A stretch of DNA of 14,330 nucleotides from Synechococcus sp. (GCA_051439605.1 JBFRWN010000127.1:1-14330), one strand, 5' to 3'; counted from the first letter of the stretch, positions 1-8,058 are shown. The notes: generated by a model not told the origin, from the sequence alone. Numbers and translations are program-made.

Positions 1-506
1 ATCTCAGACAGGTTAATGCGCAAGTCTTTCAAAGGATAATGGCGAATCCCGTTGAGAACCGTCAACCCTTCCGGGTCGTTGGACGCTAATACTAAAGCCG
101 AACGGAGTGCCTTGAAGTTGGAATCCGGATCGCCTCCCCAAAACAAGCTATTTAAGCGGCGCAGTAAGATTTCTCCCACTTCGTCGTAGGCAAAATTCGA
201 TAAAACTTGGCGATCGACATTCAGCGGTTGTTGCAAGATTTTTTGCAGCCTTGCAATTTCGCGGTCGGATAGTCGATTGGCATACCATTGCAAATCTCTA
301 GGAATCTCTCCTGTGGTGGCAAAGCGTTCCAGATCTGCTAACTCGATCGCCCGTTGGATTCCCCTGGCGCGAATGCTAATGCGTTCAGCTGCATAGGTGG
401 ATGGATGCAAAACCGATGCCGCCATCAGGCAACACAGTAGACTGCTCGCGATCGGTTTCATCCAGTCGCTTGTACCCCAGCTATCCTTTGCAACTCCCCA
501 AGTCAT
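1..506 (-). CDS. DUF1400-domain alpha/beta hydrolase family protein, N-terminal part (runs off the left edge)
   Basis: Not in the ORF track; translated by hand. Open frame from ATG 506 (alternative ATG 461) to the window edge, with an upstream in-frame stop at 543-545: MTWGVAKDSWGTSDWMKPIASSLLCCLMAASVLHPSTYAAERISIRARGIQRAIELADLERFATTGEIPRDLQWYANRL...GEILLRRL...FKALRSALVLASNDPEGLTVLNGIRHYPLKDLRINLSE. A signal peptide ending A-AE plus 'DLERFA.TG.IP..L', 'ALRSALVLA..DPEGLTVLN' and 'YP...LRINL' match the cyanobacterial DUF1400 domain as I recall it. Confidence 0.85.
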   Translation of the reverse strand, partial: MTWGVAKDSWGTSDWMKPIASSLLCCLMAASVLHPSTYAAERISIRARGIQRAIELADLERFATTGEIPRDLQWYANRLSDREIARLQKILQQPLNVDRQVLSNFAYDEVGEILLRRLNSLFWGGDPDSNFKALRSALVLASNDPEGLTVLNGIRHYPLKDLRINLSE

Positions 507-649
507 TGTCCGGACAGTAACGTCTTTACGTTTGCGTTTAATTTATCAATCCCTGTCCAATCGGTATCAATTTGTTCGAATGTTCTAATATCAAATGCAG
601 CTGGCGAGTGAATCGATCTCGGCCAGCTCGCATCGCTGCATGATTGCCC

Positions 650-679
650 GCATAACGATCGGCAGCATAACGATCGGCA
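650..679. repeat. Perfect 15-bp tandem duplication (GCATAACGATCGGCA x2)
   Basis: 650-664 and 665-679 are identical; each contains the CGATCG core of HIP1. Confidence 0.9.
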
Positions 680-739
680 GGTGGTGCTTGACTCGACATC
701 GCAGTCGCGAACATTCAGTTGAATGCCCGTCATCAGACC

Positions 740-2551
740 ATGAATTTAAATTTTGAGAAGGTTGGGGAAAGGTGGGCAACTGTCCAAAAAAGCGGATTGG
801 CGATCGCCGCAATCGCCTGTTTGCTAACCCTTTGTCTGAATGCGTTTTGGGTGCCGATCGCTGCGGGGCAAATTGGCTCATCCGGCATTGTCGAGCGCTT
901 GGTTGAACTGGGATACGGCCAGTTGCGGTTTCGACCTTCCTCCACGGTATTTCGCAGGGGGAATCTCGAGTACGCTCAGGTCAACTTCGATGGTTACGAT
1001 CTATTCCCGGTTGCAGTCGAAGCTGCTGTTCCCGGCACCCAACAAACCGACATAAACGAGGATAGATTGCGCGCGGTTGTCGAGCGGGTGGCCTACATCG
1101 AAAACAACCTGCAGGAAATTGTGGCATTGGACTACCTTCCGTTCACTTTAGAGACGACGGTAGGAACGCTGGACGGAGAAGTGGCAATTTTTGCAGCCGA
1201 TCCGCAGCGCTTTCCCGAGCGGTTCGTCACGTTGGTCACGCAAGAAGATGCTCGCTTGCTTGGGAAGGAGATTGAGAGACTGGCTTACGAGCGATCGGAG
1301 ATCGTTCGCACTGCTTTGGTGCGGGCGCGGGCGGAGCGGAAAGTCGAGTATTTGCTTCAGCAGGTCAGAAAAACTGCCGCGATCGTTCTGGGAATGTTTG
1401 CCAGCAGTTGGTGTCTCAATCGAGTTCAACGGTTTTTGCTGCTGAGAATGAAGTATTTACTGCAATACCATCCGCTACCCAAATGGCCGAAGGGACCCCG
1501 AGAAGACTCCGATAATGACGAACTCTCGGAGATCGAGTTGCCCAATTACTATCCGGTTTTGGCGGTTCCTCGCTTTAAGCAAAGTTTCAGACAGCGGCTC
1601 AACTCTTTTGCCCGCGAGCTGTTGCGGATCGCGCAAGTTGCCATCTGGTTAGGAGGAATCGTCTGGATCCTCAATCTTTATCCCTACAGTCGCGATATCA
1701 GGCTTTGGCTGTTAAATTTGCCCATTCGTCTGTTCGTGTTTGTCATTTTTGCGATCGCGGTTAAACGAGGGATTAATTTTGCCATCGATAACGCGATTGA
1801 GGTCTGGGTCGATCGCAGCATTATTTTGGGAACCGCCTCTAGACGGCATACGAAACGAGCCCCCAGTTTGTCGATTGCGTTAAAGGATTTGACGCAAGTC
1901 ACTGTCATTCTGGCCATCTTAATTGTGATTTTACTGGAAGGCTTGCGATTGCCGGCCATTCCAATTGTGACGGCGGCGGGTGTGATCGGGTTTGCCGCCC
2001 GAGATCTGATTAAAGACTGCATCAACGGCATGGTGATTTTATGGAAGGATCAATTTGCCATCGGCGATGTGGTGACCATTGGCAGCTTTACCGGCTACGT
2101 CGAGCTGCTGAGCTTGAACATGACTCAGTTACGCAGCTTGGATGGCGAGCTGATCTCGATCCCGAACGGGGCAATTTCTGCAGTCCAAAACTTAACGAGC
2201 CATTGGTCGCGGTTGAATTTGGGGATCGACGTTGCCTACGACACCGATCTCGATCTGGCGATCGCCGTGATTGAAGATGTCGCCCAATCCATGAGGCGGG
2301 ATCCCGACTGGGCCGACACGATCTTAGAACCCCCTTTACTGTTGGGGGTGGATAGTTTTGAAGACAGTAGCATTCGAATTCGACTGTTAATGACGACTCG
2401 ACCGATGCGGCATTGGGATGTGGGTCGGGAATATCGCTTGCGTCTCAAAAAAGCATTCGATCGGGCTGGCATTGTCATTCCTTTACCTCAACGTTCCGTC
2501 TGGATGGAAACAGCGCGATCCGAGCGAGGCTCTCGACAGTCGTTTACTTAA
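740..2551 (+). CDS. mscS: MscS-family mechanosensitive ion channel with long N-terminal extracytoplasmic domain
   Basis: ORF 719..2551 starts at TTG; the in-frame ATG at 740 is the likelier start. C-terminal MscS hallmarks: 'DLIKDCING..ILWKDQFAIGDVVTIG..TGYVE...L..TQLRSLDGELISIPNG.I..VQN', 'IDVAYDTDLD', 'LGVDSFEDSSI', 'REYRLRLKKAFDRAGIVIPLPQR'. Several TM segments precede these. The symbol is family-level. Confidence 0.93.
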   Translation: MNLNFEKVGERWATVQKSGLAIAAIACLLTLCLNAFWVPIAAGQIGSSGIVERLVELGYGQLRFRPSSTVFRRGNLEYAQVNFDGYDLFPVAVEAAVPGTQQTDINEDRLRAVVERVAYIENNLQEIVALDYLPFTLETTVGTLDGEVAIFAADPQRFPERFVTLVTQEDARLLGKEIERLAYERSEIVRTALVRARAERKVEYLLQQVRKTAAIVLGMFASSWCLNRVQRFLLLRMKYLLQYHPLPKWPKGPREDSDNDELSEIELPNYYPVLAVPRFKQSFRQRLNSFARELLRIAQVAIWLGGIVWILNLYPYSRDIRLWLLNLPIRLFVFVIFAIAVKRGINFAIDNAIEVWVDRSIILGTASRRHTKRAPSLSIALKDLTQVTVILAILIVILLEGLRLPAIPIVTAAGVIGFAARDLIKDCINGMVILWKDQFAIGDVVTIGSFTGYVELLSLNMTQLRSLDGELISIPNGAISAVQNLTSHWSRLNLGIDVAYDTDLDLAIAVIEDVAQSMRRDPDWADTILEPPLLLGVDSFEDSSIRIRLLMTTRPMRHWDVGREYRLRLKKAFDRAGIVIPLPQRSVWMETARSERGSRQSFT

Positions 2552-2704
2552 TTTGCGGGAGATAAAGACTAGCGTTTTTTCGTTCAAAAGGGGTTGTAAC
2601 ACTTTTTGCTCGATGATTGAGCGTGGCTTCAAGACATGGCCACCGCAAGGCAATACCCCCAATTCCGGGGTGGTTGGCTCTACTGGCTGACAAAGCGAAG
2701 CAGG

Positions 2705-2761
2705 ACTCAACCCGGCTCGTACAAGCTGGCAATGGTTGCGAGCGAGGGTTTTGTTTTGAGT
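2705..2761 (+). terminator. Imperfect stem-loop followed by a T-rich tract; possible intrinsic terminator downstream of mscS
   Basis: AACCC (2709-2713) pairs GGGTT (2746-2750); GCTCGTA (2715-2721) pairs TGCGAGC (2737-2743) with one G-U; followed by TTGTTTT. The ~15-nt loop is large for a terminator. Confidence 0.35.
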
Positions 2762-2911
2762 ATCATATTTTTCACAGGGGGCGAGACGGCTCCGTTCTGA
2801 CCGTAATGAGTAGTTACAAAAAAACTAAGTTTTCAGAACAGATTGGGTATTTGCTGAAAACGATCGCTACACTTTTGGCAAGTCAAAGTATTTTGGTTCT
2901 AATGCGATTCT

Positions 2912-2953
2912 CTGTAGTTGCTCGCAATGAGTTGAATATTGCTAGCACTACAG
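2912..2953. promoter_or_regulatory. Long imperfect inverted repeat upstream of the RND operon (operator or RNA hairpin)
   Basis: CTGTAGT-T-GCT-C-GCAAT-(GAGTTGAAT)-ATTGC-T-AGC-ACTACAG gives 15 Watson-Crick pairs and ends ~97 nt before ATG 3050. Function is inferred. Confidence 0.4.
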
Positions 2954-3049
2954 TTCTGCAAAAGAGCTAATAGACAGATTTTGTTTATCTTTCAACTTAC
3001 CTACCGCTAATCGCACGCGATCGCTTTTGTATTGCAGGGGTTCTTTAGA

Positions 3050-4306
3050 ATGGTTATCCGACGTTTTCCATTGCTTGGCCCGTTCGAAAATGGCCCGCTG
3101 GTTTCAAAACTGGGTTTCACTGCTTTGTTGGCAGTTGCCGTGACTCTGGGGGGGTGTGGCGGCGGACAACAAGGGGCATCCGGTCCCCCTCCGTTGCCCG
3201 TCTCGATGATGCCTTTGGATATTGGGGAACACGAAGCCAGTTCGGACTTTGTCGGCAATCTGGAAGCGAGCGATCGCGTATTGTTGGCACCGCAAATTAG
3301 CGGCCGAATCGTGCAAATTTACACAGAAGAAGGTACTCCGGTTGCGGCAGGGACTCCCATCTTTTTGCTGAACCCCGAGCAAACTCAAGCAGCAGTCGAT
3401 TCGGCAAATGCCACGATTAACGCTAGAGAGGCGGAGCTGCAGGCGTCCGAGGCCGATCGCGCTCGCGTCGCTGCCGAACTGAGGCTGGCGGAAATCGAAG
3501 CGGAGCGCTACATCTCCCTGGCTGACGACGGTGCCGTCTCCTTCGAGACTCGCGATCGATTTGTCCGCGATCTGGAAGTTCAACAAGCCAACCTCAAGGC
3601 GGCGGATGACGATGTATCTGCTGCCCGCAAGCGGTTGCTGGAAGCTCAGGCACAGCTAGATGCCGTTCAGGTGGACCTCGACTACAAAGAAGTCAAATCT
3701 CCTATTGCTGGAATTGTTGGCGATATTCCCTTTCGAGTTGGGGATGTCGTGAACGTGGGGCAATCGCTTACCACCATCACTCAAAACGATCGCCTGGAAC
3801 TCAACGTCAGAATACCTGCCAACCGACTACCGCAACTGAAAATGGGCTTGCCGGTGGAGCTGATCGATTTCGCTACCGATGAAGTGGTAACCACCGGCGG
3901 GATTTCCTTTATCAACCCCCGTATCGATCAGGGCAACCAAACGGTGTTGGTCAAATTTTTCTTTCCAAACACGGGAGACCTAAAAGACGATCAATTTGTC
4001 CGCGCCCGCGTAATTTGGAACACCGCACCCGGCATATTGGTCCCTGCTAGGGCGATCTCGCGCTTAGGTACCCAAGCATTTGTATTTGTGGTTGGAGAAG
4101 GCGACTCGCAGCAGGTGGCGCGGCAGAGACCCGTCACATTGGGGGCGATTCAAGGTCAAAGCTACCAGGTACTCTCTGGACTCAAAGAAGGTGATGTCGT
4201 GATCACCTCAAAGATCCTCGATCTAGTGGATGGCAGACCCATCACCGAGGCCGCCTCAGCCAGTAGCAACGGTAGTGAAGCGGAGGATTCGCCCTCCAGC
4301 GGTTAG
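3050..4306 (+). CDS. RND efflux periplasmic adaptor / membrane fusion protein (AcrA/MexA-like), probable lipoprotein
   Basis: ORF 3032..4306 starts at TTG; ATG 3050 is likelier. Hydrophobic stretch ending in lipobox-like 'LLAVAVTLGGC'; lipoyl halves 'LAPQISGRIVQIY..EGTPVAAGTPIF.L' and 'VKSPIAGIVG....VGDVV..GQSLTTI' flank a coiled-coil hairpin; 'LVPARAI' and 'VLSGLKEGDVVIT' membrane-proximal motifs; directly upstream of an RND permease. Confidence 0.95.
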   Translation: MVIRRFPLLGPFENGPLVSKLGFTALLAVAVTLGGCGGGQQGASGPPPLPVSMMPLDIGEHEASSDFVGNLEASDRVLLAPQISGRIVQIYTEEGTPVAAGTPIFLLNPEQTQAAVDSANATINAREAELQASEADRARVAAELRLAEIEAERYISLADDGAVSFETRDRFVRDLEVQQANLKAADDDVSAARKRLLEAQAQLDAVQVDLDYKEVKSPIAGIVGDIPFRVGDVVNVGQSLTTITQNDRLELNVRIPANRLPQLKMGLPVELIDFATDEVVTTGGISFINPRIDQGNQTVLVKFFFPNTGDLKDDQFVRARVIWNTAPGILVPARAISRLGTQAFVFVVGEGDSQQVARQRPVTLGAIQGQSYQVLSGLKEGDVVITSKILDLVDGRPITEAASASSNGSEAEDSPSSG

Positions 4307-4375
4307 GAAATATGTTTTATTAGCCTACCAATCCCGGTTTAGTTCCTCAGTCCTATATCTGGTTCCTGAAGATCC

Positions 4376-7300
4376 ATGCTGCTATCCGTCTCCACTCCAT
4401 TTATTAAGCGTCCCGTTTTAACGACCGTTTGTACAATCATCATTGTCTTGCTGGGGACGATCAGCCTCGCCCTTTTACCTGCGGACAAACTGCCGGAGAT
4501 CGCTCCAAAGCGAGTCACAGTAACGGCAAACTATGTGGGTGCGGATGCCAAGACCACAGTGGATAACGTTACCAGCGTTTTGGAGCGGGAAATTAACGGG
4601 GTTGAGGACGTCAAATGGATCGACTCCAATACCACCAATAACGGCCAGGCTACGATTAACATCTCCTTCCCGGTAGAAAAGGATCGCAATATCTCGCAGG
4701 TTCTGGTCCAAAACCGCGTGGCACAAGCACAAACCGATTTGCCACAAGCGGTGTTGTCAACCGGAGTCAAAACCGATCTGCAATCTCCCAGTACAACTCT
4801 TATCTACTCCTTTTACAGCGACAAGGATGAAAACGGCGAGTACCTCTATGATGCTGATTTCCTGTTCAATTACGTCGATCGCTACATTTGGAACGAATTG
4901 AGGCGAATTAAAGGGGTAGGAAGCCTAACGGCGGGTGGAGCTGAGAAATATTCCATGCGGATCTGGGTGGATCCCGACAAGCTTGCGGCTCGTGGATTAA
5001 CGGCTCAAGATGTTGTGAGTGCTATACAAGAGCAGAATTTTGAGGTTGGGGCCGGCGGTATCGGTCGACCACCTTCCCCCAGCGATCAAGATTTTGAGTT
5101 GCCAATGCGGGTTTCGGGGCGTTTCACAACCCCCGAAGAAGCGGAAAATATCGTATTGCGAACGGGTGAGAATGGAACGCTAATCCGGATTAGAGACATA
5201 GGTCGTGCGGAAGTTGGTCTGGAAAACTACTTCACAATCGGTACTCTGGACGATGGTATTCCCTCAACGGGCTTGATTATTTTTCAGCTACCTGGAACCA
5301 ACGCTCTGGAAACTGCAGATGCGGTTAAAGCCAAAATGGCGGAGCTGGAGAATAGTTTTCCGCCAGGTTTGAATTACATCATTACCTTGGACAACACCTT
5401 ATTTGTGAACGCGTCCATCGATGAAGCGGTCATGGCATTGGTACAAGCGATCGTACTGGTAATTTTGATCATCTTCGTCTTTTTGCAAGACTGGCGTACC
5501 ACTATGATTCCTGGCATTGCCATCCCGGTGGCATTGATTGGGGCCATGGTCGGATTGCTGGTCTTCGACTTCTCCCTCAATCAGTTAACGCTGTTTGCCT
5601 GCATTCTGGCGTCGGGATTGGTTTGCGATGACGGCATCACGATTGTGGAATCGGTAGCCAACAAACTCGACACCGGCATGCGCCCCATGCAGGCAGCCCT
5701 CGATTCGATGGAGGAATTGGGGGGGGCGGTGGTGTCCACCTCGCTGGTATTGATGTGTGTTTTTATTCCCGTATCGTTTTTCCCAGGTACCACCGGTATT
5801 GTTTACCGCCAGTTTGCTATCACCATTGCGGTGGCGGTGGCGGTGTCTACGTTTAACGCGCTGTCGTTCTCGCCTACGATGTCGGCGCTATTGTTGCGTC
5901 CCAAGCAACAAGTTCACGGTCCCTTGAAAGTCTTTTTTGATTGGTTTAACAATTTCTTTGATTGGTTTCGGGGTGGCTATCGGAGGTTAATTGAATTCTT
6001 GACTCGCATGCAATTCGTCGTGTTGACGATCTTTGCGGCCGGTATGGTGCTGACTGCTTGGATGTGGTCTGTTGTTCCAGGAGGCTTCATCCCCGCAGAA
6101 GACCAAGGATACTTCTTTGGCATTACTGAAGCGCCTCCAGGAGCATCTTTAGAATTCACCCAATCCGTTCACGAACAGGCTTTATCCGAGCTCGTAAAGT
6201 TTGAGGAGGTTGAACACGTACTGGCCCTCTCAGGTTATTCTTTCGACGGTCAAAACAGTAATAAAGGTGGCTTCTTCGTCAAGCTCAAGCCTTGGGACGA
6301 GCGACCTGGCGCCGATAAGTCTGTATACGGCGTGATACAACGAGCGAACAAAGTCTTCCAAGAAAAAGTGGGAGGGGCAAGAATTTTTGCCGTTAATGCT
6401 CCTGCAGTCGATGGCTTGGGTAGCTACGATGGCTCTGAATTCTACGTCCAAGACCGCCAACTCAAGGGAATGGCTGCTCTGATCGATAATTCAAAGCGCG
6501 TTGTCCAAGCGGCCAACGAACGGGAAGAAATCGGACTTGCCTTCACCACCTTCACGTTCGATAGCCCGATGTTGGAGGCAGATATCGATCGCGATGAAGC
6601 TAAAGCCCAAAACGTAGCCATCACCGACATACTCGGGACTTTGCAGACCTATCTTGGCTCCAATTACGTCAATCAATACGTCTTGGATGGTCGCGTTTAC
6701 AGGGTATTCGTTCAGGCAGAGGGAAATTTACGTGTCAACCCAGGGGATATCGAGCGTCTTTACGTTCGGTCTGGGGATGGAAACTTGGTGCAGTTGAGCA
6801 ATTTGGTGACGGCAACTCCAATTGTTTATCCGCCCATCGTCACGAATTACAATGTTTACCCGGCTGTAAAACTGATCGTTTCCCCAGCTCCAGGCTATAG
6901 CTCCGGCCAAGTTATTAAGGCAATGGAAGAACTTTCTGACGAAGTTCTCCAGCCAGGCTTTGGCTATGAATGGACTGCGACCGCACTGGAAGAGAAAGAG
7001 GCAGGCGGAGCGGCGATTATCGTATTCGGTCTGGCCTTCGTGATGGTCTTCCTGGTGTTGGCGGCCCAGTACGAGAGCTACGTCGACCCGTTCATTATTA
7101 TGATCACGGTACCCGTTTCAATGCTGGGGGCTCTCGGGTTGATTTGGCTGAGAGCGACCTTTATTCAGGGATCCCCCTTGAATCCGGGAGCAGGGATTTG
7201 GCCAGTCTTGAGCAACAATCTCTACGTTCAGGTGGGTCTGGTAATGCTGATCGGCCTGGCCAGCAAAAATGCCATTCTAATCGTGGAGTTTGCCAACCAG

Positions 7301-7699
7301 GCTAGAGAACTGGGGCTGGGCATAACCCAAGCCGCCATCCGCGCTGCCGACACCCGCTTCCGACCCATTCTAATGACGGCCATATCTACAATGGTGGGCT
7401 TCTTGCCGCTGCTAATTGCATCCGGGGCGGGGTCGGTTAGTCGTTGGTCTTTGGGGACGGCGGTGTTTGGCGGCATGTTGATGTCGACGGCTTTGAGTTT
7501 GCTGTTCGTTCCCAATCTGTATATCGCGATCAAGGTGTTCGAGCGAGACTTTTTGCAAGGGGGTGGCAAGAAACCGAAACCCCCGAAGCCGCCGAAGTCT
7601 CCCAAGGAGGCTGACGATCGGGAAGTTCAACCGACTGCCGATGAGAAGGTTGAAGCGCTTCCGGGTGCGATGCGGATGGGTGACGAGCCCGCAACTTGA
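4376..7699 (+). CDS. RND efflux permease, HAE1 (AcrB/MexB-like) family
   Basis: 1107 aa with 'FIKRPV', 'LPEIAP..V.VTANY.GADA.TV...VT..LEREINGVE', 'YSMRIWVDPDKL', TM4 'GLVCDDG..IVE', TM10 'GLASKNAILIVEFA' and TM11 'RFRPILMT'. The proton-relay Asp-Asp, Lys, Arg and Thr are all present. Confidence 0.97.
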   Translation: MLLSVSTPFIKRPVLTTVCTIIIVLLGTISLALLPADKLPEIAPKRVTVTANYVGADAKTTVDNVTSVLEREINGVEDVKWIDSNTTNNGQATINISFPVEKDRNISQVLVQNRVAQAQTDLPQAVLSTGVKTDLQSPSTTLIYSFYSDKDENGEYLYDADFLFNYVDRYIWNELRRIKGVGSLTAGGAEKYSMRIWVDPDKLAARGLTAQDVVSAIQEQNFEVGAGGIGRPPSPSDQDFELPMRVSGRFTTPEEAENIVLRTGENGTLIRIRDIGRAEVGLENYFTIGTLDDGIPSTGLIIFQLPGTNALETADAVKAKMAELENSFPPGLNYIITLDNTLFVNASIDEAVMALVQAIVLVILIIFVFLQDWRTTMIPGIAIPVALIGAMVGLLVFDFSLNQLTLFACILASGLVCDDGITIVESVANKLDTGMRPMQAALDSMEELGGAVVSTSLVLMCVFIPVSFFPGTTGIVYRQFAITIAVAVAVSTFNALSFSPTMSALLLRPKQQVHGPLKVFFDWFNNFFDWFRGGYRRLIEFLTRMQFVVLTIFAAGMVLTAWMWSVVPGGFIPAEDQGYFFGITEAPPGASLEFTQSVHEQALSELVKFEEVEHVLALSGYSFDGQNSNKGGFFVKLKPWDERPGADKSVYGVIQRANKVFQEKVGGARIFAVNAPAVDGLGSYDGSEFYVQDRQLKGMAALIDNSKRVVQAANEREEIGLAFTTFTFDSPMLEADIDRDEAKAQNVAITDILGTLQTYLGSNYVNQYVLDGRVYRVFVQAEGNLRVNPGDIERLYVRSGDGNLVQLSNLVTATPIVYPPIVTNYNVYPAVKLIVSPAPGYSSGQVIKAMEELSDEVLQPGFGYEWTATALEEKEAGGAAIIVFGLAFVMVFLVLAAQYESYVDPFIIMITVPVSMLGALGLIWLRATFIQGSPLNPGAGIWPVLSNNLYVQVGLVMLIGLASKNAILIVEFANQARELGLGITQAAIRAADTRFRPILMTAISTMVGFLPLLIASGAGSVSRWSLGTAVFGGMLMSTALSLLFVPNLYIAIKVFERDFLQGGGKKPKPPKPPKSPKEADDREVQPTADEKVEALPGAMRMGDEPAT

Positions 7700-7757
7700 A
7701 ATCTGAATTGAACCGCGATCCCTAGAACGCTGTTGTGGAGAAACTAGGCTGAATGGT

Positions 7758-7973
7758 ATGAGCCACAGTAAAGTCTTAAGTTTGTTGACCGCACAAAACC
7801 TGTTGCTGGGGGCCGGTATCGGTATTTTGGCCACCCACAGTAACGGCGAAAGCCGCTATATGGCGATCGGCACCGTATTTACTCTTGCCGGGATCGTCAT
7901 ATGGGGATTGAACGGAAAAGGGATCCGTCAGTTTTTAAAAGATAGCCTAGAGGAGGAGACCGACAATGTTTGA
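7758..7973 (+). CDS. Small hypothetical membrane protein (71 aa, two predicted TM helices)
   Basis: ATG start 58 nt after the RND stop on the same strand. Two hydrophobic Gly-rich segments (LLLGAGIGILA; MAIGTVFTLAGIVIWGL) and an acidic tail. Confidence 0.6.
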   Translation: MSHSKVLSLLTAQNLLLGAGIGILATHSNGESRYMAIGTVFTLAGIVIWGLNGKGIRQFLKDSLEEETDNV

Positions 7974-8058
7974 TGATTGGAATGTCGATGATTGGATCAA
8001 CCACATCCTGTTTGGAGGAGCGGTCTTGCTGCTGTTATGGAGTTTTTTGTTTGCGTAG
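7966..8058 (+). CDS. Putative 30-aa single-TM microprotein MFDDWNVDDWINHILFGGAVLLLLWSFLFA
   Basis: Below the ORF-track cutoff; translated by hand. Shine-Dalgarno-like AGGAGGAG at 7951-7958, 7 nt before ATG 7966; 8-nt overlap with the preceding ORF; uninterrupted 17-residue uncharged C-terminal segment; TAG at 8056-8058. Confidence 0.5.
   Translation: MFDDWNVDDWINHILFGGAVLLLLWSFLFA

Noticed and set aside
573..586. TGTTCGAATGTTCT as a second LexA-like box
   Set aside because: Two mismatches to the cyanobacterial consensus in the left half-site and not palindromic; too weak to call.
397..881. Short ORFs 397..588 (+), 503..733 (-) and 591..881 (-)
   Set aside because: They overlap the DUF1400 gene, mscS or their divergent promoter region, and show no recognisable motifs or protein-like pattern.
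733..2478. Alternative-frame and antisense ORFs inside mscS
   Set aside because: Shadow ORFs of a well-supported gene with no independent features.
2803..2817. GTA-N9-TAC (also at 9165-9179) as NtcA sites
   Set aside because: The NtcA consensus is GTA-N8-TAC; both sites have a 9-nt spacer.
2418..2970. ORFs 2418..2690, 2483..2710, 2544..2732 and 2617..2970 (117 aa) in the mscS-RND gap
   Set aside because: No motifs, no clear SD, and mutually overlapping; the region is better explained as non-coding, though translation cannot be excluded.
3007..7834. Many antisense and off-frame ORFs over the RND adaptor and permease (e.g. 3104..3586, 6970..7305, 7228..7605, 7412..7834)
   Set aside because: Typical shadow ORFs opposite long coding sequences; no family signal.
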